Virus record (IMG/VR): IMGVR_UViG_3300009506_000122
Location: 3,202 to 67,201 of that record
Direction: 5' to 3' (one strand)
Origin: a virus
DNA length: 64,000 nt
Below the pieces are notes generated by a model. That model ran no database searches, had not been told where the DNA came from, and saw only the letters and a list, made by a program, of their open reading frames with translations. Positions within the stretch are counted from its first letter, which is position 1, and the number at the start of each line of letters is the position of its first letter. The position numbers were made by a program, and so were the translations under genes. Shown here in pieces: positions 19,623 to 29,681 of the stretch.

Positions 19623-19790
19623 ATGACTACGATGCCGTGGGGAAAATATAAGGGTTTAAAAATTTACAAATTGCCTTCTTCTTATCTTAAATGGTTAGCT
19701 GAGAACTGTGATTGGGACGATAAAATCTGTGAAGAAGCCGATCAGGAATGGCAGTGGAGAGAAAAATACAACAAACATTTTGAACTTTAG
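19623..19790 (+). CDS. DUF3820-like small protein (55 aa, not in ORF track)
   Basis: MPWGKYKG...LPSSYLKW pattern. Confidence 0.6.
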   Translation: MTTMPWGKYKGLKIYKLPSSYLKWLAENCDWDDKICEEADQEWQWREKYNKHFEL

Positions 19791-19799
19791 GAGGTGACT

Positions 19800-20072
19800 A
19801 TGGGGGAATTTTCAGTTATGTGGTTTTCTTTCGGATTGTTTATTGGAGTTTTACTTGGAACTACTACTTTAGCACTTATGTCCTCCGCAAGTAGTGAAGA
19901 CGATTTAGAGGAAAGGTTTCTGCACGAATTAAGAAAAGAGTGGTTTATGCAGAGACTTTACTTAATTTCTTTGGAGGTGAAAGGTGAGACACAAGAACAA
20001 AGATTGGAAGAATATCGCAAAATGGTGGGTTGCGAGTGGTGCAATAACAGGATACAAGTTAAATCCGAATAA
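19800..20072 (+). CDS. hypothetical membrane protein
   Basis: AGGAGG RBS; N-terminal TM segment. Confidence 0.5.
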   Translation: MGEFSVMWFSFGLFIGVLLGTTTLALMSSASSEDDLEERFLHELRKEWFMQRLYLISLEVKGETQEQRLEEYRKMVGCEWCNNRIQVKSE

Positions 20073-20168
20073 AGAAATCAAAATCTATATTTCTGGTTTG
20101 TTATCTGGTCTTTGTATTGGTGCTTTTGTGGGGTTCGTATTAACTCTAATGATATTAGGAGGTGTAGG

Positions 20169-20360
20169 ATGTTTAAGGTAGGTGATAGAGTATTAATCCG
20201 ATGTATCGACAGAAACTACGAACATAGTTATGTTGGCAGAGAAGGAACAATAAAGAGTGTTACTTCCCAAGAGCCAGAGAATCACTATCAGGTGGAATTA
20301 ATCGGTGTTCCTTCAGCAACTCTAACCCTTTTTGACAACGAGCTCCTAAGTGCTAAGTAG
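20169..20360 (+). CDS. small SH3/KOW-like hypothetical protein
   Basis: MFKVGDRV...GREGTI pattern; AGGAGGT RBS. Confidence 0.5.
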   Translation: MFKVGDRVLIRCIDRNYEHSYVGREGTIKSVTSQEPENHYQVELIGVPSATLTLFDNELLSAK

Positions 20361-20741
20361 TTGATAATGAGTTTCAGGATTTCGTCCTTCGAAGAAAGCG
20401 GGGGCTCCTCTTCGCCTGACTGATTCATAATAAACGTGGTCAGCGATCCAAGCCCTCGCTCGTCTTACCGTAAAGTTGCCTGAATTATCAAAGATGATTC
20501 GGAGCATATTGTTTAGGAATATACGATCTGCGATAGCTCGATGAACCTCAGTCTCACCTTCCCAAAATCGGTAATACCAATCGTGAACCCTACATGCTTC
20601 AACTACCGACAATCCCAAGATTCTATCGGGCACAAGATAATCACCTACATCACCAGGACCACACCCCAATGTCAACCATTCTTCTGGGAACTTGTCTCGA
20701 TACTCAAAGCATTTAGGTTCAGCATAGAGTTTCAGTATCAT
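20346..20741 (-). CDS. hypothetical phage protein with PLA2-like motif
   Basis: GCGPG...ACRVHDWYY...ADRIF; GAGGTG RBS. Confidence 0.55.
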   Translation of the reverse strand: MILKLYAEPKCFEYRDKFPEEWLTLGCGPGDVGDYLVPDRILGLSVVEACRVHDWYYRFWEGETEVHRAIADRIFLNNMLRIIFDNSGNFTVRRARAWIADHVYYESVRRRGAPAFFEGRNPETHYQLLST

Positions 20742-20853
20742 TTTTCACCTCTCATAAAAATAAGTATTGATAGCTCTATATTTAGCAATACTCGCTTCGC
20801 CAGGCGCTCAAATTTAAGACTTTTTTAAAAACTAATAGCACGATAAGGGTAAT

Positions 20854-21543
20854 TTATGATAGATCACTTCCACGAGCAACCAGTTTAGATTGATAAAAAC
20901 GATACCCAAAATTTTCAATGTCAGCCTGATACATTTGAGCTACCTTAGACCTTGTTATATCATTGTAAAATAGAGAATAATGCTCATGTTCCGTTTGCAT
21001 AAGATGTTCTAAAGGCTCTACCTTTAGTCCTAACTTTTCTCTGACATAATCAAAATCTTTTCTTAGGTTTTCAAATCTACCTACGAAGTCAACATACTTC
21101 CATTCCTTGTGATATGCGAAGGCTGTTTGACTTACTGCGTGATTCCTGATGTCGTCTCTTGTCTCACATATCTTCTCAAAGTTTAGGACAAATTCTTCAA
21201 ATGAAGGTATAGGTCCTACCCAACGATCCGCTAAAGGAGAACCCTTTCTTGTGGGTGTGTATGTTGTAAAGTAGACATACAGAGACACAAATCTATCCCA
21301 AGGGTTTCTAACGAAAGTGAACTTGAAAGCCTCTTCAAACCAATCAAACGTGACCTCTTCTAAAAACCTTATAAATCCAGTCTTGTTTGTCCTCATGTTT
21401 AGCGTGACGTAGTTCGGTTGAAGATACCCTCTGTGGAGAGTCGTGCTTGCGTTCTTCGGTATTCGGAAGAATATCATCTTCGGCTCCTTCATCACAACGC
21501 AGGGTAGCATCAAAACTGCTTTGAAATTTTTGGCGGTAAGCAT
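20854..21543 (-). CDS. sulfotransferase (Sulfotransfer_2 / carbohydrate sulfotransferase-like)
   Basis: 5'-PSB FFRIPKNASTT, 3'-PB FVRNPWDRFVSLY, DFVGRFENL. Confidence 0.85.
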   Translation of the reverse strand: MLTAKNFKAVLMLPCVVMKEPKMIFFRIPKNASTTLHRGYLQPNYVTLNMRTNKTGFIRFLEEVTFDWFEEAFKFTFVRNPWDRFVSLYVYFTTYTPTRKGSPLADRWVGPIPSFEEFVLNFEKICETRDDIRNHAVSQTAFAYHKEWKYVDFVGRFENLRKDFDYVREKLGLKVEPLEHLMQTEHEHYSLFYNDITRSKVAQMYQADIENFGYRFYQSKLVARGSDLS

Positions 21544-21630
21544 CTTTATCCCCCATATTAAATCCGTTAAAGTTAAGAACAGTCTCCGCTAAAATCTCCA
21601 TGACTATTCGACTACTTATCCCAACTCCAT

Positions 21631-22680
21631 TTATATAGATGGTGGAGCCCAGATTTGAACCCACTCGTCTATCGTCATTTTTTGACGTGCTTTTATATGT
21701 TCCCTTTGATTTTTGCATTTAACTATGACCTCATCAAACATACGTTTTAGCACTTCAGGACGCCCCTTCGCTATGCTGATGAAACGATTACCAACCTCTT
21801 TCCCCCCGAAAAGATAGGTTGCTAAAATTCTGTTTCTAATGTGGTCGTCATAGTTCCAACTATACCCTCTCTTTTCTCCATGGTGACACAACACGCCGTT
21901 AGGGTATATCCATTTTTTGTAACCCAAAACAGCAAGGGTGTAGTTCATAAAATTCTCACCACCTCCGTATATGCCAAGTTCGCTTGGCCAGCCCCCTAAC
22001 TCGTTGTAAATCTTTTTGGACATCATCATTCCACATGTACTCATGCAGGGTACTTCATACGGGTTTTCTTCTGGTCTAAACGCACTAAACGTATAATGAA
22101 TACCCGCTGGTTTACCTTCATAACGTTCCACGACCAGCTTGTAAATAAGTCTGTGCCATTCTAAAATTTTGTAAGTCAAAGGAAGATGTAACGTACCGTT
22201 GATTTCTTCCTCATGTTCCACATAATACTTAAACATATTATAGATTGAATCTCGTCCTACAATACAATGAGAATCAACAAACATGAGGTAATCCCCTGTG
22301 GCTTGGTCACACCCAAATCTCTTTGAATTCCAGTGACTAAGTTTATCTTTATACTCGAAATACTGTAACCACTGATGTCCTCTCGAACATGCTTTAAGAG
22401 AACCCCCACCTTTATCTTCTTCAAATGAGTTCATAACAAGATCGAAGATCGCTTTTAAATGACCGTCACTTCTATATCCTGTCTTTAAAAGGTGTGCTTG
22501 TAGTTTTTCAAGTTCAATAGCCGTTTGCGCTTTGTGTTGTGTCTCCACCTCAGGACAATAGTTATTTACTGTGATGATTTCAAAGTCTGCCCTGTCTCGA
22601 AGTTCTTCCCCTAAGTTTCTGATCGTGAACATGACCTGAGGATATTCATTAACATAGGGAACGATTATTGATAATTTCAT
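21631..22680 (-). CDS. GT-A glycosyltransferase (GT2/GT27-like)
   Basis: LSIIVPYVNE, LMFVDSHC (DxH), LGGW...IYGGGENF. Confidence 0.85.
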   Translation of the reverse strand: MKLSIIVPYVNEYPQVMFTIRNLGEELRDRADFEIITVNNYCPEVETQHKAQTAIELEKLQAHLLKTGYRSDGHLKAIFDLVMNSFEEDKGGGSLKACSRGHQWLQYFEYKDKLSHWNSKRFGCDQATGDYLMFVDSHCIVGRDSIYNMFKYYVEHEEEINGTLHLPLTYKILEWHRLIYKLVVERYEGKPAGIHYTFSAFRPEENPYEVPCMSTCGMMMSKKIYNELGGWPSELGIYGGGENFMNYTLAVLGYKKWIYPNGVLCHHGEKRGYSWNYDDHIRNRILATYLFGGKEVGNRFISIAKGRPEVLKRMFDEVIVKCKNQREHIKARQKMTIDEWVQIWAPPSI

Positions 22681-22692
22681 AATAACTCCTTT

Positions 22693-23460
22693 CTAAACCT
22701 TTTTCCAGTGAGTAAACCACTCTACATTTACGCCACCTGTTTTCTCGTAACCATGTTGTCTCATCCAATCCCTTCCAATATCATTAATCCCCCTACCACT
22801 ATTTTGCGGCTGAAAGATTCCAAATCGTCTACCAATCACATGCTTCTTTACAAAGTCTGGATAATAGTGAAACTGCTTTTCAGGATTGCGAGTTGGATTT
22901 ATATCTTCCGCAGCGGCTCTTAACCAGTCACCGTCATTTAAAGATGGGTGACCACACCAGCCTACTGGCACAATACCCTTTTCTTCAATCTCGAAGAAGT
23001 CCCCATTCCAGAAAGCGAAAAACTTGCCCCACATCTTTGTCTCGTTCTCTTTACTGATAAATTGATTGAGCCTCAGATGAACAAGATTTTCATGGTTCTC
23101 AAATATGGATACCATCTTACGGAAGTCGTGTTCATAGTTGACAACCCAATCTTCCTCAAGGTGAAAGACAAATTTAGAGGTTGACTTCTTAATACCCCAC
23201 AACCAAGCAGTAGGAAAGTGTGGGTCTTTCACGTTCATTTCATAGTTGTCCTTACCAAACAAGTCTTTGACAATCTCTTGAATTTGATAGACCCTATAAT
23301 CAGCTATCTCCTCATTTTCTTCCCCTGCTTTGTCTACGTTGATATAGATTTTGGCAAAGTTAGCATCGTCTTTCCATAATCTATCACAAAACGATACCAA
23401 TGTCCTATTCAACAATTCTGGTCGTAAGGTAGCTACAACAGCAACATCAAAGTTATCCAT
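22693..23460 (-). CDS. GT-A fold glycosyltransferase
   Basis: ATLRPELLNRTLVSF, INVD, FVFHLEEDW. Confidence 0.7.
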   Translation of the reverse strand: MDNFDVAVVATLRPELLNRTLVSFCDRLWKDDANFAKIYINVDKAGEENEEIADYRVYQIQEIVKDLFGKDNYEMNVKDPHFPTAWLWGIKKSTSKFVFHLEEDWVVNYEHDFRKMVSIFENHENLVHLRLNQFISKENETKMWGKFFAFWNGDFFEIEEKGIVPVGWCGHPSLNDGDWLRAAAEDINPTRNPEKQFHYYPDFVKKHVIGRRFGIFQPQNSGRGINDIGRDWMRQHGYEKTGGVNVEWFTHWKKV

Positions 23461-24073
23461 TTGTCCACCTCTTCCTGTATATTAAACAGTTTTGAAAAAA
23501 TGCTCGAATACCATCTTTATGTTTCCATGGGGAAAGATAGACTCTAAAACGGTCTTCAAGCAACGGTTCTTTCGCATACCCCATATCTTCAAACTTTTGA
23601 TTCCAGTACTCGAAGGGCTGACAGTTGTAATGATGATGTCCTTTCTGTCCTGGTGGAGCGGCTGAAATTACGATATTATACGAAAGATTGCATAGGTTCT
23701 TTACAAACATATCCGCATATTCCTCTTGAATATGCTCTGCTACTTCAAAACAGGATAGTATTTCATATCTTTTAACAATCATAAATTTGTGAACCGATTC
23801 TCTTAGATCACAAAAGGTCACACGCTCTCGTGGACATTCTAAGAATGGAAGAGCTTCTTCGGAACCCTCGATACCATAAGCATCCCACCCACGTCTTAAC
23901 CCCTCATTCACAAGATCACCGATAGCGCAACCTACATCGATATAATCAACGAATGACATTGAATCCAAATTAAAAGTTTTTTCGATAGCGTTGAGTACAT
24001 GAGGAGCTCTCCAACTCAACTTGTACCTACGACTAAAGAAGCCTTTCCCGTATTCCTTCGCAACTGGCGTCAT
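23453..24073 (-). CDS. class I SAM-dependent methyltransferase
   Basis: IDVGCAIG, GIEGS, CFEVAEHI, SAAPPGQKGHHHYNCQ. Confidence 0.8.
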   Translation of the reverse strand: MTPVAKEYGKGFFSRRYKLSWRAPHVLNAIEKTFNLDSMSFVDYIDVGCAIGDLVNEGLRRGWDAYGIEGSEEALPFLECPRERVTFCDLRESVHKFMIVKRYEILSCFEVAEHIQEEYADMFVKNLCNLSYNIVISAAPPGQKGHHHYNCQPFEYWNQKFEDMGYAKEPLLEDRFRVYLSPWKHKDGIRAFFQNCLIYRKRWTNG

Positions 24074-24614
24074 TGTTATCCATCCACCCATGTGTCTTGG
24101 CTTTTCTAATTATTGTTAAACCAGCTCTTGGTCCTGGTAGGGTTACCATTTCAAGTTTATAAGAACTGTTTCTTAAACTTCTAACTGCTTTCCATGCACT
24201 CCCACAATATCTTTTTTGACATAATTTCTCATTTATTGGATAGGTATCGTGAAGAAATATCAAACCAGTATGTTCAGGGACATACACTTCTAACCCTATA
24301 AAGTCCCGCAATACTTGTCGTTTGCTATGGTCACCATCAATAAAAAGAAAGTCTATGACTTTATCCTCTTGTTTGCCCCATTCTTGAACAAAGTCGTCAC
24401 TTGACATTTGAAAGTGTATAGCTCCCTTCTTTTTGTAAATACCTCTAAAAGGAGCTATATCTACCGCAACTGCTCTTTCTACAAGGGGAGCTACCCTATT
24501 ATAAACATATCCCTTTTTAACTCCTATCTCACAATATGTTTTGGGTTTAAATAGCATTACTAACTCAAGAATTAAGTCCCTAAACTCTTGATATTTTTGT
24601 CCCTTTTCGTGCAT
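24033..24614 (-). CDS. class I SAM-dependent methyltransferase (Methyltransf_24-like)
   Basis: YCEIGVKKG, FLFIDGDHS, IFLHDT. Confidence 0.8.
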   Translation of the reverse strand: MHEKGQKYQEFRDLILELVMLFKPKTYCEIGVKKGYVYNRVAPLVERAVAVDIAPFRGIYKKKGAIHFQMSSDDFVQEWGKQEDKVIDFLFIDGDHSKRQVLRDFIGLEVYVPEHTGLIFLHDTYPINEKLCQKRYCGSAWKAVRSLRNSSYKLEMVTLPGPRAGLTIIRKAKTHGWMDNNDASCEGIRERLL

Positions 24615-25726
24615 AGTCTTAAAAATTCCTTCTTTGCTTCGAGCGTAGGTTTGGTATTATTTCTCATAAAATCAAATACGAACCTTATGTTAGGGTAACA
24701 TGCTTCTTTAAAGCCTTGATTCTGTTTAAAGAAGTTAGCCACAAATTTTCGATTAGGAGTTTTGGACAATAGCTTGTGCATAAGTTCAACAACTTGTTCG
24801 GTATTATTAACATCTTTGGGAGTCAACGATACGTTTTCATCACAAACTGTTGGACTATGGTAACGTCTGCTCCCAACAATTAGAGGTAGACCAGAAGCAA
24901 GAGCTTCGAGAGCGCCCCTATCACCCTGACCATGAGTGCCAAGAAACATGCCAATTTTAGAGCGATTAAAAACGTTTGCGTTCAAATTCTCACGGGACAG
25001 CATACCTGTAATAGTGACATTTAATCCATGATCGTGAATCTTCGTCATTATCTTTGAGGTCTGAACACCACGAGTGCCAAACCCAGGAAGTATGGCTTTT
25101 AAATTCTTACCATACTTCTCCTTGTATGCTATAAGTGCGTTGATAACACGCCATTGACCCTTCTTGTCGTGAATATGAGAAGCACCTATACAAACATCAT
25201 AAAAGATAGTTTGATCCATAGGGTAGAATATGCTTTCGTCTATCGGTTTTTTGTAATAGTACCATACCCTATTATGTCGGTCAATCTCCGTATTTTCATA
25301 CAAATCCCACAGAATAATATCCCAAAATGTCCAACGTTCCCTACCAGTATTTGCATTGTAACACATCAGCCAATTCTTATTTTTGTGAAATGTTAAGAAC
25401 TCGTGCCACCCTCTAAATCCACCTCTGACATAGATTATTGTATCAGGTTTCACAAATTGATACACCCACTTGATTGAGGGGCATACATACCCAACAATAC
25501 CACGACCCCAATCAGCGAACCCCGGACCTCTATTCGACTCATAAAATACCATGACATCGTCCACAACACCTGTTCGCTTCAACTCTGAAAGCATTAGAAA
25601 TGTTCCTTCAGATTTCATAGCATCTGTATATTTATCGATACATGGATAGTTTGGGTCCCAGTTGCTAATTTCAGATTGGGGCGCACTCCCCTGGCTCATA
25701 TACAGATAAACAACTTTTAAACTCAT
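24572..25726 (-). CDS. GT-B glycosyltransferase (GT4-like)
   Basis: PIDESIFYP, KKGQ, ALEALASGLPLIV. Confidence 0.75.
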   Translation of the reverse strand: MSLKVVYLYMSQGSAPQSEISNWDPNYPCIDKYTDAMKSEGTFLMLSELKRTGVVDDVMVFYESNRGPGFADWGRGIVGYVCPSIKWVYQFVKPDTIIYVRGGFRGWHEFLTFHKNKNWLMCYNANTGRERWTFWDIILWDLYENTEIDRHNRVWYYYKKPIDESIFYPMDQTIFYDVCIGASHIHDKKGQWRVINALIAYKEKYGKNLKAILPGFGTRGVQTSKIMTKIHDHGLNVTITGMLSRENLNANVFNRSKIGMFLGTHGQGDRGALEALASGLPLIVGSRRYHSPTVCDENVSLTPKDVNNTEQVVELMHKLLSKTPNRKFVANFFKQNQGFKEACYPNIRFVFDFMRNNTKPTLEAKKEFLRLCTKRDKNIKSLGT

Positions 25727-26393
25727 GGATTAACCTCTTTCTTGCCTTATAGTAAAATGCGATATCCTTCTTATTCAAATTAGCACAGTAACATTTCTCC
25801 TCTGGTGTGCCCCACTTAAACCACTGTCGTTTCAGTCTTCTCGTATTTCTTCGGTAGTATGGAGGTATCTCATGCCCAATTACTTGAGATAAAACACAAA
25901 GACTTTCTTCGTACATTTCCATTATCCCAATAAAAGCAAAGTCGTCAACATCATAGTCGCCCACATAATTTTTAAAAACCTCGTTATGATTATCACAGTA
26001 CCATGTAAAGTCCCTCTTTTCGAGTATGACCTCTTTATGTAGGGGACTTGATCTTCCAGTTATTCGTTTCTGTTTGATTACCGAATATTCAGATTCCATT
26101 CTTGATACCGGATGTCTTAACCATGTTATATACGGTCTTTTCAAAAAGCTGTATTTATCTACGTTAATGTGTCCATGAACAACATCAGCATTAGCCAAAT
26201 GTCTTGAATTGTAATACTTTAGTCTGCCATGAACAAACACAGAATCTTCACTTTTGTCCCAAAGAAACCTTTCCCCATAGATGTCTTGAAATATAAAACC
26301 GAGTGTAGTACCTCCACATTTATGAACGTGAATAGATACAAATTCACTTATTGGCTTCTTCCCTAACAAATTTATTCCAGAATCCTCGCTCAT
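25671..26393 (-). CDS. sulfotransferase family protein
   Basis: SIHVHKCGGTT, HGH, WLRHPVSRMESEY, FIGIME. Confidence 0.8.
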   Translation of the reverse strand: MSEDSGINLLGKKPISEFVSIHVHKCGGTTLGFIFQDIYGERFLWDKSEDSVFVHGRLKYYNSRHLANADVVHGHINVDKYSFLKRPYITWLRHPVSRMESEYSVIKQKRITGRSSPLHKEVILEKRDFTWYCDNHNEVFKNYVGDYDVDDFAFIGIMEMYEESLCVLSQVIGHEIPPYYRRNTRRLKRQWFKWGTPEEKCYCANLNKKDIAFYYKARKRLIHEFKSCLSVYEPGECAPI

Positions 26394-27036
26394 GCTTTAA
26401 AACCCCCTTATAATTCAAACTGGCCGAAACATTATTAACTCCCGGTATGTGGTAAATAAAGCATGGATACAGTTGAACAAAAGCTAAACCAAGTTTGTGT
26501 ATAATATGATGCCCTATCCAATTATCCCCAAAGAATATATTGTAATGATCGGGAATCAAAGGTACTGCATTGGCTACTTCTCGCTTCATTAGTACCGCAG
26601 AGCATTTACCTTTGCCTGTACCAAGAAGAAGACCTCTCAAATGCTCCAGCCGAATGTTTTTGGTTTTTATTGGTCTTCTTTTTTCTTGTTGTATGATTTC
26701 TGGAACTACTGCACCAGCTTCAACACCGTCATATTTTATATTTAATCCGTATACCATCTTCTCTACCATTGTAGGTTCGAGTCTGTAATCATCACCCAAA
26801 ATTCCACAGTAAGTGTCTTCGAGTCTCAGAGCTATATTCCAAACTGGATTAGTACCAAGATTCTTACTGGGACGTTCTACCACAAGATCGTATAGGTATT
26901 TGGTATTACTAAAATATTGCGTAGAATTATCCACCAGTATTACACGAGTTGGGAGCAACGTCTGATTGTTCAGATCATGCAGTACCCTTCTCACCATTAT
27001 TGGTCGCATAGATGGTATGACAAATGATATGGTCAT
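26344..27036 (-). CDS. GT2 glycosyltransferase
   Basis: ISFVIPSMRP, ILVDNS, NLG..WN, LGDD, FFGDNW. Confidence 0.8.
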   Translation of the reverse strand: MTISFVIPSMRPIMVRRVLHDLNNQTLLPTRVILVDNSTQYFSNTKYLYDLVVERPSKNLGTNPVWNIALRLEDTYCGILGDDYRLEPTMVEKMVYGLNIKYDGVEAGAVVPEIIQQEKRRPIKTKNIRLEHLRGLLLGTGKGKCSAVLMKREVANAVPLIPDHYNIFFGDNWIGHHIIHKLGLAFVQLYPCFIYHIPGVNNVSASLNYKGVLKHERGFWNKFVREEANK

Positions 27037-28001
27037 ATAAATCTTCGGTGTCTTAGAGGAAGATATTGACTCCCTCTTGCGTTCTCATAAACCTTAGCAT
27101 AGTTTGAGTACCGACAAGATGCACCACACATGCTGAGATCTGGTTTAAATACTGGTCTCCACTTAGAATATATCTCTAAAAGATTCATGTGGTTTAAATC
27201 ACCAATCTCAAACTGGGGCTTTCCTCTATGAATACAGCAATAGTAGATTTTCCCAGTAGCATTTAGAACACCGATTAAACCAGCGATCTTACACGCTGTC
27301 AAGGAATTTCGATCTATATTGTATCGCTCAGTAACAAAGAACTTATCTCTATTCAAGCCCTTCATTTCAGCTTCTATATCACAGTTCCTAACTTCTGGTT
27401 TGACTTGTGCATAGTGAGCTCCTACAGACTTCGAGAGTTCGTAAAAATCATCCACTTCTTTCCTATTATAATCTGTAACAACAAACGCAAGACCCACGTC
27501 TGTTACATTCTTATCAACCACATGTTTTACATTTTCGATTATTCGATTGAAGTGTTTGGTGTGCTTTGTTTGATAGTATGTCTCAGCATTAGACGTGTCC
27601 AAACTGACTCTAACAAATTCTAACTCTCCCAACACCTCTCCAATCTTATCAAGAAATATGCCATTGGTGACTAAACCACATTTTATTCCTAAACGGGTAG
27701 CAAACTTCACCATATCTACAATCTTAGGATTCATTAATGGTTCACCACCACCAGTAAATGTGATCGATTTAACACCAGTACGATAAAAATCCCAGACCGC
27801 TTTCACATATAAATCATACGACAAATGAACCCTATGATTTTTAATGTGAAAGGCAAACATGCAAAAGTCACAATCATTTTGACATGTGTTGGAAGCATCT
27901 ATTTCGAAGGATACTGGTAACTGATAACGATTCTCCATAAGATTATCTACTTCCCGTAGAAAGAACAGTATCTTATGCCCGAAACCCACTTCATTATTCA
28001 T
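27033..28001 (-). CDS. radical SAM protein with SPASM/twitch-like C-terminus
   Basis: CQNDCDFC, FTGGGEPL, VTNG, RVSLD, C-terminal C...YYCC...IGDL...C...C. Confidence 0.85.
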   Translation of the reverse strand: MNNEVGFGHKILFFLREVDNLMENRYQLPVSFEIDASNTCQNDCDFCMFAFHIKNHRVHLSYDLYVKAVWDFYRTGVKSITFTGGGEPLMNPKIVDMVKFATRLGIKCGLVTNGIFLDKIGEVLGELEFVRVSLDTSNAETYYQTKHTKHFNRIIENVKHVVDKNVTDVGLAFVVTDYNRKEVDDFYELSKSVGAHYAQVKPEVRNCDIEAEMKGLNRDKFFVTERYNIDRNSLTACKIAGLIGVLNATGKIYYCCIHRGKPQFEIGDLNHMNLLEIYSKWRPVFKPDLSMCGASCRYSNYAKVYENARGSQYLPLRHRRFI

Positions 28002-28003
28002 AA

Positions 28004-29269
28004 CTACCTCCAAGTCATAGATTCAGCAAATAAGGGCTCATACTCATTAAAATATAAGTTGTCATAATTATACTGCTGTCGCATCCAAGTTTTGGCCATA
28101 ACTGCATCGTCTTGACGCATACGACCGAGAATGATAGTTGAAAGGTCTTCATAATACTTCCCCGCATTTTTGTGATGGACTTCATGGTGATAAGAACCAA
28201 AGTCAAAGTACAATCCATAACCACCACCGACTTCGCCCAACATTCTTAGCGACTTATTAACCATAGGTATGACAGCACTTGACAAGACAGCTTCTGGATA
28301 TACTAAACCAAATGATTCTTCTCGGGTAGGAAAGATGAAAAGATTGGCGCAGAGCATAAGCTCCCTTAAAAATTGCTTATGAATCCCAGCGTCAAATTTA
28401 GGTGATTCAAAATCATTGGTGAATATCACTTCCACATCTGGTATTAAACCAGCTTGTGTTGCAAGTCGTTTGTAGTTTTCAACATTCTCTTTCTGTTGTC
28501 TACCAGTAGCCCATTGTGCGGCTACTACCAAACACACGGTGCGATTTCTTTTTTTGATCTCAGACATGATGATTATAACTTCCCGAACACGTTTAGCTGA
28601 TAGTCTATCCACAGAAGCAGGATAGATTTTAACAATGTCAGCGTTCATAACACCCGGATACTTCTGAATAAATCGACATGTGTCCTCGTGAAAGTCAAAC
28701 CATGTTCTCAGGTCTTTGATATGGTGAATACACCGAACATGCTCTAAAGCGCCTTGATATTGTTCAGCAACCAATATCTTGTCTGTATTGTTGGGGTAAA
28801 TCATCTTGTGAAATGGTCCCCACTCTGCTACTTTCCACCAATCTTTAGCCGCGGTAGGCACGCTGTGAATCCAGTGAAACCAACGAGTCTTCGGCAAGAA
28901 CGGTGTCGCTTTGAGAATACCAAGACCATACGGCATATTCCACCCTGTAAACAAAAAGTCATGGGTCAGAACAAGTCGAACATCTTTTAATTCCTCGCAC
29001 AGCATTTCAGAGGTTTCATCAATCGTTCTCTGATGATCCTCTGTCAAGTCTACTCTCGATTTGTAATCGATCAAGTGGGCAAATGGGATTTTCTTCTTAA
29101 TTGTAATGCCAGGTGGAATTGTTTTTTCATTGAAACGAGTACAGGTATATAAATCAACCTCATGACCATGTTCGGTCAACATTCTGTACTGATCTGTCAC
29201 AATGCCTGTTAAAGAGTAAGATGGGTTAAAGTCCTGAAATGTGGTGAGAATTGCTACTTTGTCATTCAT
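28004..29269 (-). CDS. GT4 glycosyltransferase
   Basis: HGHEVDL, HWIHS, FIFPTREESFGLVYPEA (EX7E). Confidence 0.85.
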   Translation of the reverse strand: MNDKVAILTTFQDFNPSYSLTGIVTDQYRMLTEHGHEVDLYTCTRFNEKTIPPGITIKKKIPFAHLIDYKSRVDLTEDHQRTIDETSEMLCEELKDVRLVLTHDFLFTGWNMPYGLGILKATPFLPKTRWFHWIHSVPTAAKDWWKVAEWGPFHKMIYPNNTDKILVAEQYQGALEHVRCIHHIKDLRTWFDFHEDTCRFIQKYPGVMNADIVKIYPASVDRLSAKRVREVIIIMSEIKKRNRTVCLVVAAQWATGRQQKENVENYKRLATQAGLIPDVEVIFTNDFESPKFDAGIHKQFLRELMLCANLFIFPTREESFGLVYPEAVLSSAVIPMVNKSLRMLGEVGGGYGLYFDFGSYHHEVHHKNAGKYYEDLSTIILGRMRQDDAVMAKTWMRQQYNYDNLYFNEYEPLFAESMTWR

Positions 29270-29316
29270 CGGATTTCTCCTTCACTTATTGGGGTTAATA
29301 AATGATTGCTTTGAAA

Positions 29317-29347
29317 CTTCGATACAATCTAATGGTTCTCTTGTCAA
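29317..29347 (-). promoter_or_regulatory. possible promoter for the glycan cluster
   Basis: Minus-strand TTGACA (29,342-29,347) in the gap above the GT4 gene; -10 is weak. Confidence 0.4.
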
Positions 29348-29354
29348 GTCTTTT

Positions 29355-29681
29355 TTATGACCGGGGCTTCTCTTTTACATATAGGAATACATCTTTTTCA
29401 AAAAGATTATTTTGGTTTGTTCCCATTTTAAAGGTAATACAATATGGAGACGCAGTTTCAACACCCTCATCGGCTTTTATGCGTTGATACAATTTCAACC
29501 CATCAGAAGAAACAGAAGGATTTCCCTGCAACAAATCAGCGGCATCAGTACCATCTTTATCCTGACAAGTCACCTCAGAACTGATTGCCGTAATCTGTTC
29601 ACCTGTTTGAGCAACATTAGCAATCCCACCATAAATGCTAAAAGTTTCAGAAGCCTGTTTTGTTAATTGACTAATCGCCAT
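29355..29681 (-). CDS. fiber-tail adaptor-like virion protein
   Basis: KQASE start and a small beta-rich pattern like phage fibre adaptor proteins; directly follows the large adhesin. Confidence 0.45.
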   Translation of the reverse strand: MAISQLTKQASETFSIYGGIANVAQTGEQITAISSEVTCQDKDGTDAADLLQGNPSVSSDGLKLYQRIKADEGVETASPYCITFKMGTNQNNLFEKDVFLYVKEKPRS

